This document shows, one piece after another, positions 16,178-37,526 of a stretch of 64,000 bases of DNA. Source of the DNA: the human T2T-CHM13v2.0 reference genome, Homo sapiens; assembly GCF_009914755.1 (NCBI RefSeq), contig NC_060931.1; one strand, written 5' to 3'. Under the pieces are notes generated by a model. That model saw only the letters and a program-made list of their open reading frames with translations. It did not search any database and had not been told where the DNA came from. A program made the position numbers and the translations under genes. Each line of letters starts with the position of its first letter. Positions within the stretch are counted from its first letter, which is position 1.

Positions 16178-17189
16178 CCTGAAAGGTATCTTTTAACTTG
16201 TTCTATAGATAAGTCTCTCCTCCCCCCTTCTCTCCTCTCATTTCTCTTTCTTCCAGAAAAAAAAAAAAATCCCTTTCTCTAACCCCATTCTTTCTAACAC
16301 TGTTTTTCAGATCTCAGCTTAAAGGTTACTACGTGAAAAGCTGTTTTTGATTCAGTAGACTTGGCTAAATACTCCTCCTGTGTATAGTATGTGCTCTTTG
16401 TCGCCCCTGAACTTCTATTATCATATTACATCATATCTTCTTGTAAATGTGTTTCATTTTTGGCCATTTTTGTGACCCTGTAACTTGGAATCATGGATAT
16501 ATCGCTCCCTATTTTATTCCCAGAGATTGATGCATCAACCAACATATAAAAAGATTTATACATATTTTGGTATAAAAACTTAATATGATGCATTAAACTA
16601 ATAGATTGTCTTCTGTTGAACTGTTCTGTTCTTGTAACAAATGGCAGTTAGTCATACTGTGTTATTCTTTTACTGTAGTGTTTGAATTTGCATATTAGAC
16701 ATTTTATTAGATTTTTTGCATCTATATTCAAAAGCAAGTATGGTCTTTTGCTATTCATTACTTTGGTTTAGGGAGCAGAGATAAGCTAGATAAATAAGTT
16801 GTCTGTCTTCTGGAAGTGTTAAGTAGCATGGGAGGTATGTGATACTTGAGTGCCTAAAAGAGCTTCATCATATAGCCATCTAGGCCCACTAACCTATTTC
16901 AAGTCTGGCTAAACATCTCCCAACTTTTCATCATTATTGGTTTTTGTACTTCTGTCTTTTGAGTTTTTCTACTTCTTTCTTGAAGAAAGGTAGCTCGTTC
17001 ATCATATTTCGATTTTCAAAAATTTGATATGAGTTGTATATTGAAATCTCTTACAATTTAAAAATCTATTTCATAGTTCCAATGATGTCTTCTTTCTCAT
17101 TACTAATGGTGTCTTTGTTGTTTCATCTTTTTCAAGTTTAATTTTCTGCAGATTTTTTTCATTAGATTTTTAAAAATTAGGTAATTAAT

Positions 17190-17790
17190 TTAAAAAACTT
17201 ATTGAGGTATATGTGACATACCATAACATTTATCCATTTCAAGTTAACAATACAATAATTTTCAATAACGCTACCCTGTGGTTCAGCCATCAGCATAAAT
17301 CAGTTTTAGAATGTTTTCATGAGCCCATAGAAAGATCCCTCATGTCCATTAAAAGTTAATTCCCATTCCCGTCCCCAGCTCTAGGCAACCAATAATCTAC
17401 TTGCTCTCTCTATAAGTTTGCCTTTTCTGGACATTTCATATAAGTGAAGTTATAAAATATGTGATCTATTGCATCTGGATTATTTCGCTGAGCATAATAT
17501 TTTTGTGAGTCATCCATGACAAGCATGTGTCAAGAGTTTGTTCCTTTTCATTCCTGCGTAGAATTTCATCATATGAATATACTGCATTTTGTCTATTCAT
17601 TCACCAGTTGAACCAATCAGTTAGGTTGTTTCTAGTTTTTTGTATTATAAACAGTGCTTCTGTGAACATTTGTGTGCATGTGTTTGTTTGGACACATGTT
17701 TTTATTTATCTTGGGTAGGACCTAGGAGTAGAATTGCTGGGTTATGTATTAGTTTTATGACTTACTTTTAAAGAAACTGTCAAACTATTT
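17190..17790 (-). mobile_element. Old L1 (L1MB/L1MC-like) 3' end
   Basis: ttattgaggtatatgtgacatacc...ctctaggcaaccaataatctact...ttgccttttctggacatttcatata. Confidence 0.8.
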
Positions 17791-17879
17791 TCCAAAGAAA
17801 AGAAAAAGACTTTTCCACATTCCAAAGAAAAAACTTTATCTCCATACTTTTATTCAAGAATGGATTAATTATTTCCAGG

Positions 17880-18710
17880 TCTATTTTTATGTTTTTGAGG
17901 ACCCTCCATACTGTTTCCATAATGGCATACTAATTTCCATCCTCACCAACAGTGTGCAATGCTTGCCTTTTTTCCACATCCTTGCCCATTCTTATTATGT
18001 TCTGTCTTTGATAATAACCATTCTAACAAGTGCCAAGTGATATTTCACTGTGGTTTTTATTTACATTTTCCTGATGATTAGTAATGTTGAGTTTTTTTTT
18101 TTTAATATATATACCTATTAGCCCTTTGTGTGCCTTCTTTTGAGAAATGTCTTTTCAGGTCCTTTGCCCATTTTCTAATTGGGTTGTTTTCTGGCTGTTG
18201 AGTTATGGGAATTTTCTTATATATTTTGGATGTTCATCCCTTATCAGATGGTTTACTAACATTTTTTCTTTTTCCATACATTGTCTCTTTACCCTGCTAA
18301 TTGTTTCCTTTGCTGTGCAGAAGCTTTTGAAGTTGATGTACTGTCGTCTATTTTTGCTTTTGTTGCCTGTGCTTTTGGGGTCATATTTTAAAATTCATTT
18401 CCCAGACCAATGTCAAGAAGCTCTTCCTTTATGTTTTCTTCTAGTAGTTTTATAGTTTCAGGTCTTATATTTAAGTCTTAATCCATTTTGGGTTTTTTAT
18501 ATATAGTATGAAATTAGGGTCTAATTATATTTTTCTACATATGGATATCCAGTTTTCCCAACACTATTTATTGCAAATACTGTCTTTTCCCCATTGTATG
18601 TTATTGGCATCTTTGTTGAAAGTCAATTGAATGTAAATACATGGACTTACTTCTGCATTCTCTATTCTGTTTCACTGGTCTATGTGTGTGTATTTATGCC
18701 AGTACGGTGC
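17880..18710 (-). mobile_element. L1MA-like ORF2 C-terminal fragment
   Basis: Reverse L1 ORF2 3' sequence, more diverged than the L1PA copies. Confidence 0.8.
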
Positions 18711-18775
18711 TATATATATATATATATATGCACACACATATATATATATACACACACACAAACACATTTATATAT
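18711..18775. repeat. (TA)n/(CA)n microsatellite at the L1 tail
   Basis: tatatatatatatatatatgcacacacatatatata... Confidence 0.9.
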
Positions 18776-21975
<3,200 letters not shown>

Positions 21976-21979
21976 TGCT

Positions 21980-24753
<2,774 letters not shown>

Positions 24754-24756
24754 GAG

Positions 24757-25660
<904 letters not shown>

Positions 25661-27210
25661 AACCAGCTCAGGCATCGGGCCACCCTGCTCAAAAACTCCA
25701 GCATTATGCCTGCCTGTGGATTAATGCTAGATGGCTTGCCCAGAATCTCTGGACAGGCTTACTGGTGAAGATAGTTTGTCATCACTGGAATATGTGCCTA
25801 CTTACTCAAATGCACAGAAACCAGTGCATAGCCACAAGGATCACAAACAATCAGGGAAACATAACACTACCAAAGGAACAAATTAAAGCACCAGTAACCA
25901 AGTTTAAAGAAATGGAGATCTAATGAACTGTCTGACAAAGAATTCAAAATAATCAAAGAAGCTTAGTGAGCTACAAGAGAACACATATAGACAACTAAAT
26001 AAAATCAGGGCAACAATACACAAACAAAATTAGAAGTTCTACGATGAGATAAAAACCATAAGAAAGAACCAAACAGAAAATCTGGAGCTAAACTGGCTCC
26101 AGTTTTAGCCAGCTCCACTGGCTAAACTGAAAAATTCTGTAAAGAGGTCAATCACGCACAAGAAAGAATCACTGAGGTCAAAGATCATTTGAAATTACCT
26201 GGTGAGAACAAAAACAAGAAAAACAATAATGATGAAACGGTGAAAAATGTATATGGGAATTACAAGACTTCTTCAAGTGAACCAATGTTGACATTATGGG
26301 AATTTAAGGAGGAGCAGAGAAAGAGAAAGGATTAGAAAGCATATTTAAATAAATAATGATGAAAAAAACCCTTCCAAATCTGGAAAGGGAAATGACCATC
26401 CATATCCTGAATCCCAAAGAACCCTAAATAGATTAAATATAAAATTATCTTCACTGAGACACATTGTAATCAAACTCTCAAAAGTTAAAGACAAAAAGTT
26501 TGAAAGCAGAAAGAGAATAGAACCTTGTTTCATACAAGGGGACCCCCATAAGACCATCAGCAGATTTCTCAAAAGAAACTTTGTAGGCCAGGAGAGAGTA
26601 GAATGATTTATTCAAAGTACCGAAAGAAAAAAAAATCCTGCCATATAGAGCAAGGCTGTTCTTTCAGAAATGATAGAGACTTTAGAACATTCCCAGATTA
26701 AAAAAAAAAAAAACTGAGGGAGTTTATCATCACTAGATCTGCTTTAAACAAAAATGCTGGCCTGTAATCCCACCACTTTGGGAGGCTGAGACAGGAGGAT
26801 CGCTTGAGGCCAGGAGTTCAAGACCAGCCTAGGCAACATAGCAAGACCCCATTTCCATTTTTTAAATGCTAAAGGTAGTTCTTTAAACAGAAAAGTAACA
26901 TGGAAACATATGAAATTATGAAACTCATTAGTAAAAGTAAGTACATAGTCAAATCCAGAATATTCTAATATGATAATGGCAGTGTATAAATCACTTATAT
27001 CTCTAGTATGAAGACTAAAAGGGAAAACTCTAAAATAATAGTTATAAAAGTTTGTTAAGGGATACACAATCTAAAAAGATGTAAATGGTGACTTCAAAAA
27101 CATAAAATGTGTGTGGGGTGCTAAAGTGTGTAGTTTTTTTACATAACTGAAGTTAAGTGAGCAGCTTAAAATAGGCTCTTGTAAGTATAAGATGTTTTAT
27201 ATAAACCTCA
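25661..27210 (+). mobile_element. L1MA-like 5'UTR end/ORF1/inter-ORF, inverted relative to the adjacent piece; contains an Alu left-arm fragment ~26757-26850
   Basis: aaagaaatggagatct...gaactgtctgacaaagaattcaaaataatc (ORF1 start); cagcagatttctcaaaagaaactttgtaggccaggagagagt (ORF1 C-terminal). Confidence 0.8.
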
Positions 27211-28263
27211 CTGCTTCATTAAAATCTTTTATTTATAATTTTAATTGACTTAAAAATTTAATAGACTATTTTTTAGAGCAATTTTAGGTTTACAGAAAAA
27301 TTGATTAGATAATACAGAGAGTTTCTAAATAACCCTTCTTTCCCGGCACGCAGTTTTTCTATTATTAACATCTTTCACTGGTAAGGTACATTTTTTACAA
27401 TTGATGAAATTGTATTGATACATTATAATTCATTAAAGTCCACAATTTACATTAGGGTTCACTCTTTGTGTTGTACAGTTCTATGGCTTTTGACGTAGTG
27501 TCATGTATCTATCTCTACATTATCATATAGAATAGTTTCACCACTCCAAAAATCCCCTGTACTCCATCTATTCAACTTTTCTTCCCTTGCCCCTAGCAAA
27601 GACTGATTTTTTTACTGTCTCTTACAATTTGCCTTTTCCAGAATGTTCTATGATTGGAATCATATAGAATGTGCTTTTTTTAGACTGCTTTTTTTTACTT
27701 ACCAATATGTATTTAAAGTTCTTTCATGTCTTTTTATGGTTTAATAGCTCATTTTCTTTTATCACTGAATAATAGTCCATTGTATGGATATACAACAGTT
27801 TGTTTATCCATCCACTTATTTAAGGGAATCTTGGTTGCTTCCAGTTTCTGGAAAGTATGAATAAAGCTGCTATAAACGTTCATTTACAGGTTTCTGTGTG
27901 CACATAAGTTTTCAACTTAATTGGGTAAATACCTAGGAGCACAGATGCTGTATTGTAATGTAAAACTATATTTACGTTTGTATGAAATTGCCAAACTGTC
28001 TTCCAAAGTGGCTGTAACAGTTTGCATTCCCGTCAGCAATGACTGGGAGTTCCTGTTGCTCCACATCTTGCTCCACATCCTCATCATCATTTGATATTTT
28101 CAGAATTTTGGATTTTAGCCATTTTAATAGTGTAGCAGTATCTCATTGTTATCCTAATTTGCAATTACCTAATGACAATTTATTTTGTTTTCATATGCTT
28201 ATTTGTTGCCATATATTCTCTGGTGAGACATCTGTTCTGATCTTTTGCCTGTTTTAAAATTAG

Positions 28264-28583
<320 letters not shown>

Positions 28584-29112
28584 ACGTATTACTGAGTTTT
28601 AAGAATTATTTGTCTATTTTGGATATGTGTTCTATCAAATGTGTGTTTCACAAATATTTTCTTCCAGTGTGTGGCTTGCCTTTGCATTCTCTTAACAATG
28701 TATGTCACAGAGCAAAAAGCTTTAATTTTAATGAAGTTCAAGCTGTCAATTTTTTATTTCATGAATTGCGGTTTTGGTGTTCTATCTAAAAACTCATTGC
28801 CAAACCCAGGGTCATCTACATTTTCCACTATGTTAAATATTTCAGGCAGTTTTATAGCTTTCTGTTTTACATAGAGCTATGATCCATTTTGAGTTAATTT
28901 TTATGAAAGATGTAAGGTCTGTATCTAGATTCTTTCTTTCTTTCATTTTTTTTTTCCTGCATGTGGATGCCCACTTGCTTCAGCACCATTCGGTGAAAAC
29001 ACCATTCTTTTTCCATTGAATTGCCTTAACTCATTTGTCAGACATCAGTTGACTATATTTGTATGGGTCTATCTCTGAGCTCTCCATCTGTTCTACTGAT
29101 CTATTTGTCTAT

Positions 29113-29427
<315 letters not shown>

Positions 29428-29975
29428 TAATACCCCATTATCTTGATTACTGTAAGCTTTATAGTAGGTCGTGGGGTCAGGTTGTGTCAGTCCTTTGATT
29501 TTGTTCTTCTTTAGTATTTTCTGAGTATTTTGGATCTTTTGCCTTTCATATAAACTTTAGAATCAGTTTATCAATGTACACAAAATAACTGGCTTGGATT
29601 TTGATCAAGATTGCATTGAATCTATATATTAAGTTGAGAAGAACTGGCATCTTAAAAATATTGTCTTCTTATCCATAAACATAGACTCTCTCTCCATTTA
29701 TTTAGATCTTCTTTAATTTCTTTCACCACAGTTTTGTAATTTGTCTCACAAAGATCTTGTAAAAATTTTGTTAAATTTATACCTATGTGTTTCATTGCTT
29801 TTTGGTACTAATGTAAATGATATTATGTTTTAAATTTTTAACTCTAATAGTTCATATTGACATATGATGATATGTCATATACATAGAATTGAGAGATTTC
29901 TATGTACTGCCTCTGTTTGTTACATAATTAAATCCTCATAAAAATTCCATAAGGTAGGTTCTTTTAGTATCCACA

Positions 29976-30335
29976 TGATATGGTTTGCCTGTGTCCCCAC
30001 CCAAATCTCATCTTGAATTGTAGCTCCCACAATTCCCACATGTCGTGGGAGGAACCTGGTGGGAGTTGATTGAATTATGGGGATGGGTCATTCCTGCGCT
30101 GTTCTTGTCATAGTGAATGAGTCTCACGAGATCTGATGGTTTTGAAAAAATGGAAGTTTCCCTGCACAAGCTCTCTCTTTGCTTGCTGCCATCCATGTAA
30201 GATGTGACTTGCTCCCCCTTGCCTTGTGCTATGATTGTGAGGCTTCCGCAGCCACATGGAACTGTAAGTCCAATTAAACCTCTTTCTTTTGTAAATTGTG
30301 CAGTTTTTTCAGCAGCTTGAAAATGGACTAATACA
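29976..30335 (+). mobile_element. THE1 (C/D-like) MaLR solo LTR inserted into a MIR
   Basis: tgatatggtttg...ggactaataca; 5-bp TSD ccaca; MIR halves on both flanks. Confidence 0.93.
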
Positions 30336-31879
30336 CCACATTTTGGAGATAAGAAAAATTAAGACAAAGTTTAAACGACTTGCTCCATTTCCATAGTGAC
30401 TAGGTGACAGAGCTAGTATTCAAATCCACATAGCCTATATTTACCTCTGCTGATATAATGTACTTATTCTTTTTTTATTTAGAAAAAGCATTTAAGAGTT
30501 TGATTTATTGTTGTTTGGTGTATAACATTCCATATCTATCACATCTGCTGTGAGGATTATACCCTTTATTGGTATAAAAATTTCCTTTTTTAAATTTAAT
30601 GTATATTGACTCACTTTACATATCAAAATATTTAATTTTGTCTTATTTGTATTCGTCAATATATCTTTGAACATTGTTTAATTTACAACCTTATAAAGAG
30701 CACAGAGTTGGAGTTTATTTCTTATACTGACTGTGTCTTCTGTTGTTATGCTTAATGCTTTTTTCCCCTTTCCCTCATTTCCTTTGTTATTTCTTTTTAT
30801 GCATGGACTACATTGTTCTTTACTTTTACCTCCTTCAGGTATTTGAAGGTTTTAGATAGTTTTAAAAATTCTATCTGTGGTACCCTTTAAACTTTTTTTT
30901 GTTACAAAAGTAATATATAATCACTGACAATAATTCCAACACTTCAGAAATATATAAACCAAAAAAGTGAAAACCCATCCTTCATTTTTCACCTTCTCCC
31001 AGTAAAATACATTTTTTTCCTCAGCAGAGTAACCTATTTAACAGTTTGGTTCAACTATATGGATAGGCTTTATTTTAACAGCTACATAGTCTTCCATAGT
31101 AAGACTCTATTTACCCTTTCTCTAAGTGTTGAAACTTCAAGTTGTCTTAATCTATTTGTATATTTTTTAATGATGCAGTATTTTCCTTATAGATCTGTGA
31201 ATATTTTTCTATCTGGTACATTTCTAAAGTGGCATTGCTGATCCAAGTATATGTGTATTTTTATTTATAAAAGATACTTTCAAATGGCTATAAATTGTAC
31301 CAACTTGTTTTCCCAATGGTAATGTATGAGAGAGTGCTCATTTCATCACACTCCTACAAACACTAAATGGTATTAGTAGTTGGCCAAGCTGATGAGGAGG
31401 GAAGGAATTCCAACATCATTTAAATGCAAATGGTGGCAGATTTATCTGTTCTCTTTAAACATTTTTTTCTAGTACTTTACCTTTTAATTATTTTGCTTAC
31501 ATTATTGTATTGGCTGGACCAATCTAGACTGATGCTGAGAATCTTCTGTCAAGACCTGGGCCTTAAACCTGGCCATGAAGAATTAGAGACCCCTGTTAAT
31601 TCAGGATCTCACATGGCAGTAAAACATCTCACCCAGCAGCTTACACCGCACCTCCCTGTTACATCTTTTATTCTTAGCATATGTAATAACAGATTCTTGT
31701 TAGGAGTAGGCACTGAATTTTATCAAGATATTTTTAGGGGCATCTATTAAAGGGATCATATAGTTTTCTTCTTTACTTTTGGGAAGTTGTGATTAATACA
31801 ACTACCTTGTTTATTATATTAATAGATATTCTAATGCTGAGACATTGTTGCCTTTCAGATTAAGATTTTATTGGTGGTA

Positions 31880-32080
31880 ATCCCTCCCCGATCTCCATCC
31901 CTTTTCTCCTCCTCCTCCTCTTTTTCTTGTTGTTGTTCTTCCTCCTCCTCCACTTCTTTTTCTTGTTGTTGTTTTTCTTCCTCCTCCTCCTACCCTTCTT
32001 CCCCTTCCCCTCCTCCTCCTCTTCCTCCTCCTTATCCTCCTTCAACAACTCCTCCTTCTCCTCCTTCTCCTTTCTTTCTT
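31880..32080. repeat. CT-rich low-complexity / (TCC)n tract
   Basis: About 200 bp that is almost purely pyrimidine on the plus strand. Confidence 0.9.
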
Positions 32081-32378
32081 GGCTGAGCACAGTGGTTCAC
32101 GGCTATAATCCCAGCACTTTGGAGACCAAGGCAGGAGGATTGCTTCAGGCCAGGGGTTCAAGACCAGCCTGGGCAACATAGGGAGACCACATCTCTATAA
32201 AAAAAAATTTTTAAAGTAGCCAGGCATGGTGGTATGCACCTGTGGTCCTGACTACATGGGAGGCTGAGGTGGGAGGATTGCTTGAGCCCGGGAGGTCAAG
32301 TCTGCAGTGAGCTGTGATTACACTACCATATTCCAGCCTGAGCAACAGAGCAAGACCCCCATTTCTAATAAATAAATT
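32081..32378 (+). mobile_element. AluJ
   Basis: ggaggattgcttgagcccgggaggtcaag (J diagnostic). Confidence 0.92.
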
Positions 32379-33118
32379 ATTTAGGTGGCAAATTTAGAAT
32401 TCCAGTCCAAAATGTACTTTTTGTAAAACTTTTTCTTTGGAAATAAAGATTCACAGAAAGTTGCAAAAATAGTGTACAGAGATCTGATGTACCCCTCAAC
32501 CAGTTTTGTTCAATAGTTAGATCTTATCTAACTACAGTATAATAGCAAAGCCAGGAAATTGACATTGTTACAATGTGTGTATATAGTTTTATGCCATTTG
32601 TCACAAGAGTAGCTTCCTTTAACCACTGCTGCAATCAAGGTGCAGAGCTATCCCCCTCACCACAAAGACCTCCCTCATGCTACTTTTCTGTGTCACATCC
32701 ACTCCACTCCCTACCGTCTTTTAGCCTTGACAACCACTAATTTTTCTCCAACCCTATGATTTTTGTCATTTTCAGAATTTTACATAAGTGGAATCATACA
32801 GTATGTGACCTTTTGAGGCTGCCTTTTAAAAAAGACTCAATATAATGCCCTGAAACCCCATTTAAATTGTAAATGAACAAAAGTTCATTTACTTTTTATT
32901 GCTGAGAAGTATTCCAAGGTATGATGTACTAAAGTTTGTTTAACTATTCACCTATTGAAGTACATTTTTGTTTTTTTCTAGGTTTTCACTAGTACAAATA
33001 AAGTTTTTATGAACAATCATGGAAATCATGCACAGGTTTTTGTGTGAATTTAAGTTTTCATTTCTTTGGGATAAATGCCTGGGAATGTGATTGCTGGGTC
33101 ATATGGTAAATGTACATA

Positions 33119-33504
33119 CAGTTGGCCCTCCATATCCGTGGGTTCTACATCAATGAATTCAGCCAACCATGGATCAAAAATATTTTGGGAAAAAACATAA
33201 AAATAACAATACAACAATAGGAAATAATATAAATTTTAGAAAATACAGTATGGCAACTATTGAAATAGCATTTGCATCGTATTAGGTATTGTAAATAATC
33301 TAGAGATGATTTAAAGTATGAGAGGATATATGTAAGTTATATGCAAATACTCCACCATTTTATTTTCTATTCTAACCAGGCCCAACCCTGATTCTAAGAT
33401 CAGATAAGATGCGCCATTTTATATAAGGGACTTGAGCATCCATGGATTTTGATATCTGCAGGGGGACCTGAAACCAATCCCTTAAGGATAATAAGGGTCA
33501 ACTG
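33119..33504 (-). mobile_element. MER2 (TcMar-Tigger) MITE
   Basis: TIRs cagttggccctc / aagggtcaactg with TA TSD; internal ccattttatataagggacttgagcatcc. Confidence 0.9.
33372..33410 (-). pseudogene. 5S rRNA internal fragment retro-insertion
   Basis: Minus strand ATCTTATCTGATCTTAGAAT-CAGGGTTGGGCCTGGTTAG compared with 5S ATCTCGTCTGATCTCGGAAGCTAAGCAGGGTCGGGCCTGGTTAG; TSD ccattttat (33355-33363 / 33414-33422). Confidence 0.8.
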
Positions 33505-35927
33505 TATAGTTTTTGAAGAAACTGCTGAATTGTTTTCTAGAGTTGCTCTACCATTTTGCATTCCCACCAGCAATGTATGAGAAATCCAGTCTCTCTGCAT
33601 CTTTGTCACCATTTGATGTTATTACTATTTCTTTTTATTTTGCTGTATTAATAGGTACATGGTGATATCTCGTAATGGTATTTATTTTTAATTCTCCAAT
33701 GAATAGTGATGTTGGACATCTCTTAATATGCTTTTTGCATCCATGTGCTCTCTTCAGTAAAATATCTCTTCATGTCATTTGTCCATTTTCTAATTGGGTG
33801 CCTTCTTTACTGTTGAATTTTGAGAATGCTTTAACTATTTTAAGCATGAGTCTTTCATCAGATATGTGGTTTGCAAATAACTTCTTTTAGTTTTCAGTTT
33901 GTCTCTTTATTATCTGAACAGTGTCTTTCACAGAGCAAAAGTTATTATTTTTGATGGCATCCAGTTTATCAATTTTTTTCTTTTATGGATCATGCTTTTG
34001 GTGCCATGTCTAAGAATTCTTCCCCGAGTCCTAAGTACTGCAGATTTTTTCCCATTCTTTTTTTCTAAAAGGTATATAGTTTTATATTTAATATTTAATT
34101 TATTATCAGTTTTGAATTAACTTTTGTATAAGCTGTGAGGTTTTGGTTGAGGTTATCTTTTTGCATATGGAGATCCAATTGCCCCCACATTATTTGATGA
34201 AAAGAGTATCCTTTCATCACTAAATTGCTTTTGTATCCTCAAAAGTTAGTTGTTAGTGGGTTCTGTATTCTCTTTCATTGATCTATGTGTCTATCTCTCT
34301 GCCAGTAACACACATCTGGATTACTTTATCTGTATAATGTCTTAAATGGAGTAGAGTACTTTCCTTCAATTTATTCTTGTTTTTCACAGTTATTTTAGCC
34401 ATTCTACTTCTTTGACTTTCCATATAAATTTTGGAATAACTTACAAAAAATATTTCTGGGATATTTATAGGAATTGTATTAAACCTGTATATCCATCTGA
34501 GAAGAGGTGACATCTTTACTATATTGAGTCTTTCATTCTGTGAACATGGTGTGTCTCTCAATTTATATTTACTTTGATTTCTTTTATTAGTGTTTTATAG
34601 TTTTTAGCATACAATTTAATGCTATGTTTTATAAAAGCAATGCTGTATTTTGTTAGTTCGCATGTACCTCCCTTTTTTGTGGAATTGTAAATGGTATTGT
34701 ATTTCTAATTTTGGTTTCCATGTGGTCATTGCTAGTATGTAGAAATACAATTAATTTCTTTTGCAGACAAGTATTCTTTATGAATATTGATGTTTAAATC
34801 CTCAAATATATACTAGCAAACCATATATGGCAGCATATTAAAAGGTTTATACACTATTACCAAGTGAGATTTATTCCTGAAATTCAAAGATGGTTAAATA
34901 TATGAAAACCAATGTATATAATATATTTGTGTGTGTTGAATCAACTTTGCATCCCAGGAATAAGCCTATTTGATTGTGGCAGATTAGCTTTTCAATGAGC
35001 TGCTGGATTCGATTCGCTAGTATTTTGTGGAGGATTTTTGCATCTATGCTCATCAAGGATATTGGCCTGGAGTTTCTTTTTGTTGTTGTTGTGTCTCTGC
35101 CAGATTTTGGTATCGGAATGATGCTAACTTCATAGAACAAGTTAGGGAGGAGTCTTTCCTCCTCAATTCCTGGCAATAGTTTCAGTGGGATTGGTACCAG
35201 CTCTTCTTTATACATCTGGTAGAATTTAGCTGTGAATCCATTAGGTCCAGGGCTTTTTCTGGTTTGTAGACTTTTTATTACTGATTCAATTTTAGAACTC
35301 ATTATTGGTCTATTCAGAATTTCAGTTTCTTCCTAGTTCAATCTTGGGAGGTTGTATGTTTCTAGGAATTCATCCATTTCTTCTAGGTTTTTGAGTTTGT
35401 GTGCATAGAGGTGTTTGTAATAATCTCTGAGGGTTTTTGTATTTCTGTGTGGTCAGTGGTAATTTTTTTTGTTTCTGATTTTTTTTGGATCTTCTCTCTT
35501 TTTTTTATTAGTCTAGGTAGTGGCCTATCAATCTTATTTATTCTTTCAAAAAACAAACTTTTGATTTTGTTCATCTTTTGGATGGTTTTTTGCATCTCAG
35601 TTTCATTCAGTTTAGCTCTGATTTTGGTTATTTTTTTCCTTCTGCTAGCTTTGGGGGTGATTTGCTCTGGTTTTTCTAGTTCCTTTAGCTGTGATGTTAG
35701 GTTGTTAATTTGAGACCTTTCTAACTTTTTGATATAGGCAGTTAACACTATAAACTTTCCTCTATGTCCCAAAGATTCTGATATATTGTATGTTTGTTTT
35801 CATTAGTTTCAAAGAATTTCTTGATTTCTGTCTTCATTTCATTATTTACCCAAAAGTCATTCAGAAGCAGATTGTTTAATTTCCATGAAATTATATAGTT
35901 TTGAGAGATCATCTTAGTATTGATTTC

Positions 35928-36232
<305 letters not shown>

Positions 36233-37214
36233 TGATTTCTATTTTTATTTTGCTGTGGTCTGAGAGTCTGGTTGGTATGATTTTGGTTTTTTTTGAATTT
36301 GTTGAGAGTTGTTTTATGGCTGAGTGTGTGGTCAGTTTTAGAGTATGTGCCATATGCAGTTAAGAAGAACATATATTTGTTGTTGGGTGGAGTGTTCTGT
36401 AGATATCTGTTAGGTCCATTTGGTCAAGTGTTGAGTTTAGGTCCCAAATACCTTTGTTAGTTTTCTGCCTCGATGGTCTATTACTGTCAGTGGGATGTTG
36501 AAGTTTCCCACTATTATTATGTGGTTATCTGAGTCTTGTTGTAGGTCTCTAAGAACTTGTTTTATGAGTCTGGGTGGTACAATATTGGGTACATATATAT
36601 TTAGGACACTTAAGTCTTCTTGTTGAATTGAATCCTTTGTCATATGTAATGCCCTTTTTGTCTCTTTTGATCATTGTTTGTTTGAAGTCTGTATTGTCTG
36701 AAATAGGAATAGAAACCCCTACTCTTTTTTGTTTTCTGCTTGCTTGGTAGATTTTTCTCCATTTTTTAACTTTTGAGCCTGTGGGTGTCATTGCATGTAA
36801 AATGGGCCTCTTGACAACGGCATACAGTTGGGGCTTGCTTCTTTATCCAACTTGCCACTGTGTGCCTTTTAAGTGGGGCATTTAGCCTGTTTATGTTCAA
36901 GGTTAATATTGATATGTGTGGATTTGGTCCTGTCATGTTGTTGTTAGCTGGTTGTTATGCAGACTTGATTGTGTATTTGCTTTATAGTGTCAATGGTTTA
37001 TGTATTTAAGTATGTTTTTGTAGTGTCTGGTAATGGCCTTTTGTTTCCATATATAGCAGTCCCTAAAGGACCTGTAAGACAGGTCTGATGGTAATGAATT
37101 CCCTTGGCATTTGCTTGTCTGAAAAGGATTTTATTTCTCCTTTAGTTATGAAGCTTAGTTTGGCTGGATATGAAATTCTTGGTTGGAATTTTTCTTTAAG
37201 AATGCTAATTATAG

Positions 37215-37526
<312 letters not shown>

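Noticed and set aside
31860-32181. Lys/Glu/Arg-rich and Ser/Pro-rich ORFs
   Set aside because: Translations of a low-complexity tract.
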